64,000 nt of DNA from Flavobacteriales bacterium (lineage in GTDB: Bacteria; Bacteroidota; Bacteroidia; UBA10329), in assembly GCA_021741075.1 (NCBI GenBank), contig JAIOYO010000013.1, forward strand, positions 3,121-67,120, given 5' to 3'. Below are positions 37,810 through 47,972 of the stretch, one piece after another; position 1 is the stretch's first letter, and every line of letters begins with the position of its first letter. The notes beneath the pieces are model-generated. The model ran no database searches. It was not told where the DNA came from and worked only from the letters and a program-made list of their open reading frames with translations. The translations under genes were made by a program, and so were the position numbers.

Positions 37810-38772
37810 TTAGTAGATGCTTACGTAACCTGAGCCAATCCAAACAGCATCTTCATTTGCCGTGTAAAGAGAAACTTTATAAGTCCCTCGGTCTCTGAGG
37901 TTCATTGGAAAGCTTGCTTGCGTTACATCTTTTGCAATTGGAACCGTAAGTTCCTGAAAATGCTGGCTAAATTCCTTTTCGCCCTGTGGTCTAAACCAAA
38001 TATCTACCGAAACACCATCTCCTCCAAAGCCTTCGTTGTTTGAGAACAACGCTTTTAGGTCAACACCGCCAGGAACACCTTTAAACTTTTCGTTTTGTCC
38101 TGTCAGCATTCCGCTTTGAACGGCTCTGCCAAAAGCAATGTAAAAGCTTTCAAATACGAGTGTTTCCTTTTCTTCTTCAGTTAATTCCTCCTTAATAACC
38201 GATTCAACGAAAACAGGCTCAGGCGCATTTTCTAGAAGTTGCTGCTTGGTTAATTCAGCCTTTTTGGTGGGGGCTTCAACCGCAACAATTTTCTCTTCCT
38301 TCTTTGCCTCAACCATAGGTTCAACCTTGGCAACAGGCTCTGATTTTTTTACAGCTGGCTCGGGCTTCACAACGGCAACAACTGCTGGCTTGGCAGGTCC
38401 ATTAACTTTAATTACGCCACTAGCCAAAAATTTCCACTCGCGGTCATACGCTGATACTGTATACGTATTGGCAGTGGTAAACTCGTGGCGAAGCGCTGCC
38501 CAATTTCTGGCTTGACCTATAACCAATTTAACGCTGTCGGTCTTCACCTTTCCTTCGGTTTCCGACTTAAACAACAGGTTCATGGCATTACCGTTGATGG
38601 TGGTTTTGCCGTTGGTATACATTACAGTTAAAACTTTTGGCCAGCTTGACGCAGTCCATTCAGTACCTGGGTTTTTAAGAACGCCTACATTATTGAAGTC
38701 TTCACCGAATTCGACTTTTTGTGCCGAAACGCTCAGGCTAGCGCAGGTAAGAAGGATGAAAAGGACTTTCAT
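37810..38772 (-). CDS. Secreted protein of unknown function (two beta-rich halves joined by a P/E/K/A/V linker)
   Basis: The ATG at 38772 gives MKVLFILLTCASLSVSAQK. The longer track ORF (to 38847) would overlap the tRNA gene. Confidence 0.65.
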   Translation of the reverse strand: MKVLFILLTCASLSVSAQKVEFGEDFNNVGVLKNPGTEWTASSWPKVLTVMYTNGKTTINGNAMNLLFKSETEGKVKTDSVKLVIGQARNWAALRHEFTTANTYTVSAYDREWKFLASGVIKVNGPAKPAVVAVVKPEPAVKKSEPVAKVEPMVEAKKEEKIVAVEAPTKKAELTKQQLLENAPEPVFVESVIKEELTEEEKETLVFESFYIAFGRAVQSGMLTGQNEKFKGVPGGVDLKALFSNNEGFGGDGVSVDIWFRPQGEKEFSQHFQELTVPIAKDVTQASFPMNLRDRGTYKVSLYTANEDAVWIGSGYVSIY

Positions 38773-38820
38773 ACTTATGCTTCTTACCAATTTTCTCGCC
38801 ATTCTGCGTATCTTTTTGAG

Positions 38821-38904
38821 TGCCCAGGACTGGATTCGAACCAGCACAACCTTGCGATCACCAGCCCCTCAAGCTGGCGTGTCTACCAATTTCACCACCT
38901 GGGC
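38821..38904 (-). tRNA. tRNA-Leu (anticodon GAG), class II with a long variable arm
   Basis: I folded it by hand: acceptor GCCCAGG/CCTGGGC, anticodon stem CCAGC/GCTGG with loop TTGAGGG, T arm GCTGG-TTCGAAT-CCAGT, discriminator A. It is 84 nt with no encoded CCA. Confidence 0.95.
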
Positions 38905-38914
38905 TAAGGTGGCA

Positions 38915-38922
38915 CAAATTTA
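38915..38922 (-). promoter_or_regulatory. Candidate -7 box (TAAATTTG on the minus strand) for tRNA-Leu
   Basis: Exact TAnnTTTG ending 10 nt before the mature tRNA 5' end. A TTTCG lies about 17 nt further upstream. Confidence 0.4.
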
Positions 38923-39151
38923 GCCGTTTTTTTGAGTAGCGAAACACATGTTTATTCATGAAAGAACAAATTGTCCGTAATCGCATTTGATATATTTGCA
39001 TTAAACAGAGAATAGAACAGCTTAGATTGCCCAATAGGAGTTAGATTAAAGTTCGCTCAGTAATTGATGATTGGTTTTCTGAACTTAAATTGTACACGAA
39101 TTAGTGTATTTCTACTCTAAAACCTTAAAAAAGCAAAAAAGGATAAGCAAC

Positions 39152-40405
39152 ATGACAGCAGAAGAATTAATGAACGTTTCTGCCAAAGCGCAGCAAGTAA
39201 TTGAAACGGAAGACCGCTATGGAGCGCACAATTATCATCCATTGCCAGTGGTGTTAGAGAAAGGTGAAGGCGTTTTTGTGTGGGATATGGACGGAAAGAA
39301 GTATTACGATTTCCTTTCGGCTTACTCTGCTGTGAACCAAGGTCACTGCCATCCTAAAATCATTGGAGCGTTGACCGAGCAAGCGCAAAAACTAACGCTC
39401 ACCAGTAGGGCATTTTACAATGATGTATTGGGTGAGTATGAAAAGTACGTCACACTATATTTTGGTTTTGACAAACTACTTCCCATGAATACGGGAGCAG
39501 AAGGCGTGGAAACCGCGCTCAAACTTTGCAGAAAATGGGCTTACGAAAAGAAAGGCTTGACCAGCGATAAAGCTAAAATCATTGTTTGCGAAGGCAATTT
39601 CCATGGCAGAACAACTACCATTGTTTCTTTCTCAAACGACCCAGATGCACGTAAGAACTTTGGGCCTTATACACCAGGGTTTGAGGCTGTTCCTTACAAC
39701 GATGCAGCCGCTTTAGAAAAAGCCTTGCAAGACCCAAATGTGGCGGGATTTCTTGTAGAACCCATTCAGGGAGAGGCAGGGGTTAATGTACCTGATGAGG
39801 GTTATTTGACCAAGGTAAGAGCCTTGTGCTCGGAATATAATGTGCTGATGATTGCTGATGAAATTCAGACTGGAATTGCCCGAACAGGAAAGCTTCTGGC
39901 CATTGACCATGAGAACATTAAACCAGATATTTTAATTCTCGGAAAAGCACTTTCGGGTGGTGTATTGCCTGTGTCGGCAGTACTTGCTGATGATGAAGTA
40001 ATGCTATGCATCCGCCCAGGTGAGCACGGGTCAACCTTTGGCGGTAATCCGTTAGCGTGCAAAGTGGCCATGGCAGCCTTAGATGTAGTAAGAGTTGAAA
40101 AGCTGGCCGAAAACGCACAGCGATTAGGCGAAATTTTCCGTACCGAGTTGAGTGCTTTTGCCAAAACCAACCCGTTGGTGAAATTGGTTCGCGGTAAAGG
40201 TTTGCTTAACGCCATTATTGTAAATGACTCTCCAGAAAGCAAAACGGCTTGGAATATCTGTTTGAAGTTGGCTAGCAACGGTCTTTTAGCTAAGCCTACT
40301 CATGGCAACATCATCCGTTTTGCACCACCTTTGGTAATGACAGAAGCACAATTGCGCGATTGTATTCAAATAATTAAGGACACACTAACAGAATTTGCCG
40401 CGTGA
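39152..40405 (+). CDS. rocD: Ornithine aminotransferase (ornithine--oxo-acid transaminase)
   Basis: [34 protein letters not shown] and [12 protein letters not shown] motifs are present. I use the ATG at 39152. Confidence 0.9.
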   Translation: MTAEELMNVSAKAQQVIETEDRYGAHNYHPLPVVLEKGEGVFVWDMDGKKYYDFLSAYSAVNQGHCHPKIIGALTEQAQKLTLTSRAFYNDVLGEYEKYVTLYFGFDKLLPMNTGAEGVETALKLCRKWAYEKKGLTSDKAKIIVCEGNFHGRTTTIVSFSNDPDARKNFGPYTPGFEAVPYNDAAALEKALQDPNVAGFLVEPIQGEAGVNVPDEGYLTKVRALCSEYNVLMIADEIQTGIARTGKLLAIDHENIKPDILILGKALSGGVLPVSAVLADDEVMLCIRPGEHGSTFGGNPLACKVAMAALDVVRVEKLAENAQRLGEIFRTELSAFAKTNPLVKLVRGKGLLNAIIVNDSPESKTAWNICLKLASNGLLAKPTHGNIIRFAPPLVMTEAQLRDCIQIIKDTLTEFAA

Positions 40406-40854
40406 GCAGAATTTTCCTTCCGCTGATTGTTTTGCAGCTGTTGCTTTTGCTGGGCACCGATTTGCGTGCGCAGCAGGACAATTCCTACAAGGGAGACGAC
40501 CTTCATTATTTGGGTTATGTGCTACTAACAGGAGATACTTCTGCGTGGACAAATGTGAGTAATGATGATATCTATTACTTGTCTAAGAGCTTGTTTATGA
40601 AAAACCAAGAGCGATTGAAGTTCATTAAGAATGACGACCTCTATTTTTTTGGTTTGGCGCTTATTACTGGAAAGAAAGAGGAGTTGGATAAAATTGTGAA
40701 AGACGATTACTACTACTTGGCATCAGCCATTTTTGATAAAAAAGAGAGTTCGCTGGAGAATATTAAATCTGACGACCTCTATTATTTAGGCAAGGGACTG
40801 CTTACAAAAGACATGAACTATTTTGACCAAATGTCAACCATTAAAGCAGAATGA
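40402..40854 (+). CDS. Secreted protein built of five 23-aa DDxYYLG repeats, unknown function
   Basis: 150 aa. The GTG start overlaps the rocD stop (GTGA) and the stop overlaps the next ATG (ATGA). The signal peptide is [25 protein letters not shown]. See findings. Confidence 0.7.
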   Translation: MSRIFLPLIVLQLLLLLGTDLRAQQDNSYKGDDLHYLGYVLLTGDTSAWTNVSNDDIYYLSKSLFMKNQERLKFIKNDDLYFFGLALITGKKEELDKIVKDDYYYLASAIFDKKESSLENIKSDDLYYLGKGLLTKDMNYFDQMSTIKAE

Positions 40855-41372
40855 TTAGCATTATTTGCACAACAGACCGAACCGATAGCAACTCCCTAAA
40901 GTTATCTCAGGTGTACGAGCAGAAACTGCTCGAAATGGGCGAAGCCTGCCAGATACTGGATTTGCAAACCGTTCCTGCGCAATGGATACAAGACAGCGCT
41001 TACGGAACTAACCTTCCTGAATTTGATGTTGTTGTAGAGAAGTACATTCGGTCCGTTACCAAGCTCATTTTTGTAACACCAGAGTACAACGGCAGTTTTC
41101 CGGGCTATGTAAAGTTTTTTATGGATGCTTGTGATTATGGCGATTTCGCACACAAGAAAGTGGCATTGGTTGGCCTAGCATCAGGACGTTCTGGTAACGT
41201 GCGTGGTTTAGACCACCTTACAGGGATCTTCCATTACCTCAATACAGATGTATACAAGAAGAAGGTCTATCTGTCTCAGGTGCATCTTCTTTTACCAAAG
41301 GACGGAACATTAACGGATGTAAACTGCCTAAAGGAAATTATGAATCAATTGAAAGGGTTTGTTGAGTTTTAG
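40851..41372 (+). CDS. NAD(P)H-dependent FMN reductase family oxidoreductase
   Basis: 173 aa with an LIFVTPEYNGSFPGYVKFFMDA motif. Confidence 0.75.
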   Translation: MISIICTTDRTDSNSLKLSQVYEQKLLEMGEACQILDLQTVPAQWIQDSAYGTNLPEFDVVVEKYIRSVTKLIFVTPEYNGSFPGYVKFFMDACDYGDFAHKKVALVGLASGRSGNVRGLDHLTGIFHYLNTDVYKKKVYLSQVHLLLPKDGTLTDVNCLKEIMNQLKGFVEF

Positions 41373-41435
41373 TGACTAGCAGCCAATTACTTCTCAAACT
41401 AATTTCCTAAAACTCTAATCAACTAATAACCTAAT

Positions 41436-41867
41436 ATGCTTGTATGCCTCATCATCAACTGTTCGTTTATCTCCAATTTTCAAGGAATGTGGCTCATTCA
41501 GGTGTTTGTTTCTGTCTTTTTGGCCATACTATTTCTTCAGTCTGGATTGGATAAAGTGATTGATTGGAAAGGAAACCTAGAATGGCTCACAGGGCATTTT
41601 TCCAAATCGTTCCTTTCTGGAATGGTGCCGCTGCTCTTGGGTACACTAACTCTAATTGAACTTGCCGCAGGTGCCGTTTCTGCTTTAGGAGTAGCGGAAG
41701 TGTTACTTTATAGAACCTTCTGCCTTTCGTTTGCAGGGACGGTTCTATCTGCCTTGGCGCTGGTTATGCTTTTCTTCGGACAGCGCATGGCAAAGGATTA
41801 TGCGGGCGCAGGTGGCTTAGTGCCTTACTTTATTCTTGTGGTGATTGACCTTTATTTTTTGGGCTAG
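41436..41867 (+). CDS. DoxX-like integral membrane protein
   Basis: 143 aa with 3-4 hydrophobic helices and an LFLQSGLDKVIDW motif. An alternative ATG lies at 41487. Confidence 0.55.
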   Translation: MLVCLIINCSFISNFQGMWLIQVFVSVFLAILFLQSGLDKVIDWKGNLEWLTGHFSKSFLSGMVPLLLGTLTLIELAAGAVSALGVAEVLLYRTFCLSFAGTVLSALALVMLFFGQRMAKDYAGAGGLVPYFILVVIDLYFLG

Positions 41868-42013
41868 ATTAAGCGAGTCGCTCGTCATGTAGGCCGTCTA
41901 TGGTCAAATGTCTTCCAATCCAACATGTCCTAGCCACGATTTTCCCAATTTTGACCTAAAACCAACGTCACGAGTTGCAAACTCCCGCCATCGCAAAAGC
42001 CTGGTTTGTGGGT

Positions 42014-42418
42014 TTAGAATTTGTCGAAATCTCCCAAATCATCAAAACTAATGTCGGAAGAATAACCGCTAGGGGCAGCGTTGGCAGCGGGGGCATCTAT
42101 TTTAACTGCTGGCTCCGATTCTGAGATTTCACCATCGTATTCTTCGCGACCATAATCGGCTCCTTTTTGATTTCGAACGAATTCGATTGCATCTGCCAAC
42201 CCCTCAGCAAACTTGTCAAAATCTTCCTTGTAAATAAAAAGCTTGTGTTTGGTGTAGCTGAATTTGCCGTTGCTCTCCAATTTGCGTTTGCTTTCGGTAA
42301 TGGTGAGGTAAAAATCCTCTCCACGGGTAGATTTTACATCAAAGAAGTACGTTCGTTTTCCTGCTCTTACCGGCTTAGAGAAGGCGTCTTCCCTCTTGCT
42401 CGAATCCCTTTCTTCCAT
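42014..42418 (-). CDS. PUR-alpha-like (DUF3276) nucleic-acid-binding protein
   Basis: 134 aa. KRTYFFDVKSTRGEDFYLTITESKR...KHKLFIYKEDFDKFAEGL is followed by an acidic tail. Confidence 0.8.
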   Translation of the reverse strand: MEERDSSKREDAFSKPVRAGKRTYFFDVKSTRGEDFYLTITESKRKLESNGKFSYTKHKLFIYKEDFDKFAEGLADAIEFVRNQKGADYGREEYDGEISESEPAVKIDAPAANAAPSGYSSDISFDDLGDFDKF

Positions 42419-42514
42419 CTACTGTAAGCGTTAATTGGCAACTATTGGTTAGTCAAATATAAAAATGTTTTTAACGGAAGAAAGTTGCCGTTAGTCGAAG
42501 AAATGGCAGAATCG

Positions 42515-44314
42515 CTATGCAATTTTCCGCTTATCGTCTTCTAATAGTTGTTTTTGGTAGAGCGATGCGTAGGCACCATCAAGGGCAAGAAGGTCTGCGT
42601 GGTTTCCACTTTCGACTATGCTTCCTTTATCAAGCACTATAATTTGGTCGGCATGTTTTACGCTGCTTACGCGATGGCTAATGATTATGGTTGTTTTGCC
42701 TTGCATAAGGTCTTTGAGATGGGCAAGAATTTTCTCTTCCGTTTCGGTATCAACAGCAGAAAGGCAGTCGTCAAAAATGAGAATCTGCGGGTCTCTAATA
42801 ATGGCGCGTGCAATGGAAATTCGCTGTTTTTGTCCGCCCGAAAGGGTAATGCCGCGTTCGCCAACCCGCGTATCAAATCCAAATGGGAAATCGATGATAT
42901 TGTCGTAGATATCGGCCTGTTTGGCTGCGGTGTGTACTCGCTTATCAAGGTTTTCATCAGAATCAATCCCAAATGAAATATTGTTTGAAATAGTATCGGA
43001 AAATAGAAATACGTCTTGCGTAACATAGCCAATGCTCGAACGAATGGCGTCTAAATTCAGGGCTTGAAGTTCGTTGCCATCAATAAGAAGCGAGCCCTCG
43101 CTTATGTCGTAGGTTCTCGTAATCATAGAAGCAACGGTCGATTTTCCGCTACCCGTTCTTCCTAAAATGGCCAGACTTTCGCCAGCGTTCACTTTAAAGC
43201 TTACATGATTGAGCGCTTTTATTCCGCTATCAGGATAAACGAAGCTTACATCTTTGAATTCAATGGTGCCCTCAATCTTCAAAGGTTTGTGGTTCTCATT
43301 TTGTATTTCTGGTTTCGTTTCTAGAAATTCGTTGATGCGTTGCTGGGACGCAGCTGCACGCTGAATAATGCTTGTAATCCAACCAATGGCCGCCACCGGC
43401 CAGGTTAGCATGTTGATATATATGATGAATTCGGCAATGTTTCCTGTGGTAATGATCCCGGCCATTGCTTGTTGCCCACCAACATATACGGTAAGAACGG
43501 TGCTAAGTCCGATTAGAGTAAGCATGGTTGGGTAGAACACCGCATTTATGCGTACCAACTCTAGCGATGTGTCTTTGTAACTTTCGGTCTCCTTCTCAAA
43601 AGCATCGCCCCATTGTTTCTCTTTGGCATACGCTTTTAGCACGCGAATACCCGAAAACCCTTCTTGAACAAAGGTGCTTAGGGCGCTTAGTTGTTTTTGA
43701 ACTTTTAGGCTTCGAATGTTAATGAGCCTGCTTACCTGATAAATAGTGATGGAAAGTATGGGCAGCGGCAAAAGAACATATGCCGTGAGGCTCGGACTTA
43801 CTTGCAACATTTTGAAAATAACCATCGGAAATAAAACCAACAAGTTCACTGCATAAAGCACGGCTGGCCCAAGGTACATGCGCACTTGGCTTACATCTTC
43901 CGTAATGCGCGCCATCAAATCGCCCGTGTTGTTGCGTTTAAAGAATGCTAGCGAGAGTTTTTGATAATGATTGTAAATCTCGTTTTTAAGGTCGTATTCA
44001 ATAAAACGGCTCATAATGACTATGGTTTGCCGCATTAGAAACATGAAAACGCCTTTTAGCAAGGCAGAAAGCACAATAATGAACCCGAAAAAGAGGAAAG
44101 CTCCAATCAGCAAATCGAAATACAATTCGTGCAGCGGAGTGCCTTCCATCATGGCGAAGATGGGTTTTACATCGCGCAGAAAATCAAAGGTGATGCGCAC
44201 AATCATGGCAGGAACGATTGCGTAGAAGTTGCTAATAGCAATGAACAAAATCCCCAAAAAGAACCGTGTTTTATACTGCCAGAAGTACTTGTTTAGATGT
44301 GCAAGTGCCTGCAT
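42515..44314 (-). CDS. ABC exporter, fused permease/ATPase (MsbA-like)
   Basis: 599 aa with an N-terminal 6-TM domain. Walker A GRTGSGKST, signature LSGGQKQRISIARA and Walker B ILIFDD are present. Confidence 0.9.
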   Translation of the reverse strand: MQALAHLNKYFWQYKTRFFLGILFIAISNFYAIVPAMIVRITFDFLRDVKPIFAMMEGTPLHELYFDLLIGAFLFFGFIIVLSALLKGVFMFLMRQTIVIMSRFIEYDLKNEIYNHYQKLSLAFFKRNNTGDLMARITEDVSQVRMYLGPAVLYAVNLLVLFPMVIFKMLQVSPSLTAYVLLPLPILSITIYQVSRLINIRSLKVQKQLSALSTFVQEGFSGIRVLKAYAKEKQWGDAFEKETESYKDTSLELVRINAVFYPTMLTLIGLSTVLTVYVGGQQAMAGIITTGNIAEFIIYINMLTWPVAAIGWITSIIQRAAASQQRINEFLETKPEIQNENHKPLKIEGTIEFKDVSFVYPDSGIKALNHVSFKVNAGESLAILGRTGSGKSTVASMITRTYDISEGSLLIDGNELQALNLDAIRSSIGYVTQDVFLFSDTISNNISFGIDSDENLDKRVHTAAKQADIYDNIIDFPFGFDTRVGERGITLSGGQKQRISIARAIIRDPQILIFDDCLSAVDTETEEKILAHLKDLMQGKTTIIISHRVSSVKHADQIIVLDKGSIVESGNHADLLALDGAYASLYQKQLLEDDKRKIA

Positions 44315-44469
44315 TCGTCAGTTCCGAAATCCCCGAAAATTGTTGTGGAAAATAACCATACTTTTGCCCAAAGTTAGGAATGTTTGAGGGTCTTAATGTT
44401 CAAACGTCAATGTTTTGATGAGACTCTGTAAGAAGGATAACAGGAGGTTGGATAAAAGGTTCTTTGAGA

Positions 44470-45417
44470 ATGTTGAGTAGAAGGCACTTACGAGTAAAAG
44501 TGATGCAGGCGTTGTTTGCCTACGAGCGCTCTGGCGCAGAATTGGCAGTAGGGGAGAAGCTCCTTAATCAAAGCCTCATTCGTATCTATGATTTATACAT
44601 TCATCAGCTTTCGCTCTTGGTAGAAATTCATTCGTTTGCCAAGCAGCAAATAGAAGATGGAAAGTCCAAACTGATGCCTACTGCAGAAGACCTCAACCCA
44701 AATCTTCGCTTTATAGAAAACCGTGTGTTGGTTCAGTTGGAAAACCACCCACAGTTGACCGTTCATGTTTCTGCCCGAAAAATAAACTGGGTAGAACACA
44801 ACGAATTAATTCGAAGAATTTTTACTGCTTTTAAAGAGTCTCCAGAATATCAGGAATACATGAGTGCCGAAGCGCCAACCTACAAGGCCGAACGCAGAAT
44901 CATTTATAAACTGTATGAAGATTATCTTTTGGCAAACGAACATCTGCACAGCATTTTTGAGGAGAAAAGTATGTTGTGGATGAACGATTTTGACCAAGTA
45001 AGCGAAATGGTTGTTCGCACTATTTCGGACTTCAAAAAGGATGTGGATTTTGGTGGTCCGCTTCCGAACATGTATAAAGACGAAGAAGAAGACAAGGCAT
45101 TTGTGAGGGATTTGTTCAGAAAAACAGCTACCAAAAACTTGGAATATCAAAAAATGATAGAAGAGAAACTTGTAAATTGGGATTTGGACCGTATTGCATC
45201 TACTGATATTCTTTTGATGAAAATGGCTGTAAGCGAGTTCATCAATATCAGTTCTATTCCTACTAAGGTTACCATGAACGAATACATCGAAATTGCCAAA
45301 GAATACAGCACACCAAAGAGCAAGGTGTTTATCAATGGCATTCTAGACAAGCTTCTTTTTGACCTAAAAGAGCAAGGAAAAATTAAGAAAATGGGAAAAG
45401 GTTTGATTGGGAATTAA
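44470..45417 (+). CDS. nusB: Transcription antitermination factor NusB (long Bacteroidota form)
   Basis: The N-terminus reads RRHLRVKVMQALFAYE and the C-terminus reads NEYIEIAKEYSTPKSKVFINGILDKL, with a large internal insertion. The ATG at 44470 is two codons after the track's TTG. Confidence 0.85.
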   Translation: MLSRRHLRVKVMQALFAYERSGAELAVGEKLLNQSLIRIYDLYIHQLSLLVEIHSFAKQQIEDGKSKLMPTAEDLNPNLRFIENRVLVQLENHPQLTVHVSARKINWVEHNELIRRIFTAFKESPEYQEYMSAEAPTYKAERRIIYKLYEDYLLANEHLHSIFEEKSMLWMNDFDQVSEMVVRTISDFKKDVDFGGPLPNMYKDEEEDKAFVRDLFRKTATKNLEYQKMIEEKLVNWDLDRIASTDILLMKMAVSEFINISSIPTKVTMNEYIEIAKEYSTPKSKVFINGILDKLLFDLKEQGKIKKMGKGLIGN

Positions 45418-45522
45418 GCCTCAAAATCAAGTATGAACAGAATGGCTCGTAGCTGGTTGTATACATTTTGATTGCTAATTTTGCCGACCCAAAAAGAAGT
45501 TTAACAACAACATTTATTTAGA

Positions 45523-45999
45523 ATGAAAAAGATTGCATTTGTACTGTTAGGAGCAATGGCTTTTTATGGCTGTGGTGGAGAAAAAGCTGCTGAAGGTGAA
45601 GCAACTGTTGACACCGAAGTGGTGAACAACCCGGCCACTGCCGAGAGCGGAGAAGTAGTGGTTGACCCAAGTAATGCGCCTGTTTTTACGTTTGAAAAAG
45701 AAGACCACGATTTCGGAACCATTGTTCAGGGAGAAAAAGTGTCCTACTCCTTCAAGTTTAAGAATACGGGAAAAGGAGATTTAATTATTACGGATGCCAA
45801 CGGAAGTTGCGGATGTACGGTTCCTTCTTACCCAAAAGAACCAATTGCTCCAGGTGCCGAAGGTGTAATTGATGTGGTGTTTAACAGCGAAGGCAAATCG
45901 GGCCAGCAAAACAAAAAAGTAACACTTGTTGCCAATACGGTACCAAATACAAAGGTTCTTGCCATCAACGGAATGGTAGAAGTGCCTGTTGCTAAATAA
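45523..45999 (+). CDS. DUF1573-domain lipoprotein
   Basis: 158 aa. AFYGC is the lipobox, and the motif FDFGTIVQGEKVSYSFKFKNTGKGDLIITDANGSCGCTVP is present. Confidence 0.8.
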   Translation: MKKIAFVLLGAMAFYGCGGEKAAEGEATVDTEVVNNPATAESGEVVVDPSNAPVFTFEKEDHDFGTIVQGEKVSYSFKFKNTGKGDLIITDANGSCGCTVPSYPKEPIAPGAEGVIDVVFNSEGKSGQQNKKVTLVANTVPNTKVLAINGMVEVPVAK

Positions 46000-46084
46000 G
46001 CAGTTTATGGAGTTGGATTCTTGGCTTACTAAATCTGAGAGTACAATTTTTTATTTTTTTACTACCAAATAATCCAAATACAAA

Positions 46085-46378
46085 ATGCAAGAATTACTAG
46101 GCGAGGGCGGTTCAACCATACTCATGTTCGTACTCATGTTTGTGGTGTTTTATCTGTTCATGATTCGCCCGCAGATGAAAAAGACGAAAGAGGAAAAGAA
46201 ATTCCGAGAGGAGTTGAAAAAAGGAGATAAAATTGTAACCATCGGTGGTATTCATGCCAAAATTGCGGAGGTAAAGGAAACCACGTTGATAATTGATACG
46301 GGCGAAGGACAGCGTCTTAAAATCGAAAAGACAGCAGTTTCTAAAGACAACTCGGTAGGTCTGAATCAGGCCAATTGA
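46085..46378 (+). CDS. yajC: Preprotein translocase subunit YajC
   Basis: 97 aa with a single TM helix, followed by [33 protein letters not shown]. Confidence 0.9.
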   Translation: MQELLGEGGSTILMFVLMFVVFYLFMIRPQMKKTKEEKKFREELKKGDKIVTIGGIHAKIAEVKETTLIIDTGEGQRLKIEKTAVSKDNSVGLNQAN

Positions 46379-46398
46379 TCTTTTTCTAATTTGGTCGC

Positions 46399-47391
46399 AT
46401 GTCCAGTTCGGTAGCGACTAGAATACTCAATTATTTACAGCCAAGGCTCAACAGACGTTCTGTTGCGTTTTTGCTATGTCTACTACTTTCGGGACTGTTT
46501 TGGGTGCTTACCTCCTTGTCTAAAGAGTATGTAGATGAAGTAGATATTCCCATTACCTATCAGAATCTTCCCGATGATTTGCTAATTGCAAACCAGCCAA
46601 CGGCAGTGGTGAAAGCGAAAGTGAAAGGCTTTGGGTTTGATCTTTTGTGGCATTGGTTACAGTTTGATAAGTTGGAAATCCCTGTGAAAGCCGACCCTAT
46701 GGAATTAGCGAGTATTCGCAGAAAGGGAAGAGAATACCATTACATATTGACGCGATATAAATATGGTCGTATGGAAAGTATTGAAGCTAATCAGTTGGAA
46801 ATTTTGAGCATTACTCCCGACACACTTTTTCTTGTATTCACGCCAAAATTCACCAAGCTTGTTCCAGTAAAACTGAATGCTGCAATCTCTTTTTCCAAGC
46901 AGTTTGGAATGGTGTCTGATGCCGTACTTGTTCCAGATTCCATTTTATTAATTGGTCCACAGCAAACTATTGACACCATCTCGTTTGTGCTCACAGAACC
47001 ACAGTCTTGGTTGGGTTTGAATGAAAGCCTAACGGCAGAAGTGCAACTGAAAAAGTTGGCTGGCTTATCGTACGTGAGGTTGAGTCAAACCAACGTTCAG
47101 GTAGAATTAAATGTGGTAGAATTTACGGAAGGAAGCGTTACGGTACCAGTTCGGGTGGAGTCTGATAGGCCCGAAACGGTTAAAATTTTTCCAAGTGAGG
47201 TAGAAATAAAATATCAAGTACCTCTTAGTGGTTATGATGAGGTGGATGCAGATCAATTTTTAGCAACTGTGTTGCTTAATGCGCAGAGTTTGGGTAGTGT
47301 CAGTTTGCCTGTAAGCCTCGACAGACAACCAGCAGACGTGAAGCAGATTCGCATCATTCCACCTCAAGTTGAATTCATTATTCAGAAATGA
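46399..47391 (+). CDS. YbbR-like domain-containing membrane protein
   Basis: 330 aa with one N-terminal TM helix and repeated beta-rich modules. As I recall, the position between yajC and coaE is conserved in Flavobacteriia. Confidence 0.55.
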   Translation: MSSSVATRILNYLQPRLNRRSVAFLLCLLLSGLFWVLTSLSKEYVDEVDIPITYQNLPDDLLIANQPTAVVKAKVKGFGFDLLWHWLQFDKLEIPVKADPMELASIRRKGREYHYILTRYKYGRMESIEANQLEILSITPDTLFLVFTPKFTKLVPVKLNAAISFSKQFGMVSDAVLVPDSILLIGPQQTIDTISFVLTEPQSWLGLNESLTAEVQLKKLAGLSYVRLSQTNVQVELNVVEFTEGSVTVPVRVESDRPETVKIFPSEVEIKYQVPLSGYDEVDADQFLATVLLNAQSLGSVSLPVSLDRQPADVKQIRIIPPQVEFIIQK

Positions 47392-47972
47392 AAGTCATAG
47401 GCATTACAGGCGGAATAGGAAGTGGAAAGACAACCACTTGTGAGATTTTTCAGGAGCTAGGTGTCTCTGTCTATTACGCTGATTTGCGCGCACGGGAATT
47501 GATGACCTCAAATGTTGAATTGAAAAACAAGATTGTTGAGGCGTTTGGAAGCCAAGCTTATGAAGGTGGACGATTGAACCGGCCTTATCTCGCGCATCAA
47601 GTTTTTAATTCAAAAGAGAAACTGTCCGTGCTTAACGGACTTGTTCATCCTGCTGTTGGAACCGATTTTGACAATTGGCTAGAAGAACACAAAGAAGAAT
47701 CCTATGTATTAAAGGAGGCGGCTATCCTCTTCGAAAGTGGGGCGTATCAAGATGTAGATATCACTGTTCTGGTTATTGCTCCTGAGAGTTTGAGGCTAGA
47801 AAGGGTAATGGCTCGTGATGGCTCTTCGAAGGATGACGTACTCAAGCGTATGAAAAATCAATGGACGCAAGAGCGAAAGGTGAAATTGGCAGATCATATA
47901 ATCACCAATGATGGAACGCATCTATTGATTCCACAAGTGTTGGAATTACACAAAAGATTTTCAGAAAAATGA
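47388..47972 (+). CDS. coaE: Dephospho-CoA kinase
   Basis: 194 aa with the P-loop GITGGIGSGKTT. Confidence 0.9.
   Translation: MKVIGITGGIGSGKTTTCEIFQELGVSVYYADLRARELMTSNVELKNKIVEAFGSQAYEGGRLNRPYLAHQVFNSKEKLSVLNGLVHPAVGTDFDNWLEEHKEESYVLKEAAILFESGAYQDVDITVLVIAPESLRLERVMARDGSSKDDVLKRMKNQWTQERKVKLADHIITNDGTHLLIPQVLELHKRFSEK

Noticed and set aside
38773-38847. N-terminal extension of the 345-aa track ORF
   Set aside because: The extension overlaps the tRNA-Leu gene (38821-38904). The internal ATG at 38772 yields a clean signal peptide.
38906-39151. tRNA-adjacent integration site or genomic island next to tRNA-Leu
   Set aside because: There is no integrase, no direct repeat of the tRNA 3' end and no compositional break that I could see. 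The flanking genes are rocD and ordinary secreted proteins.
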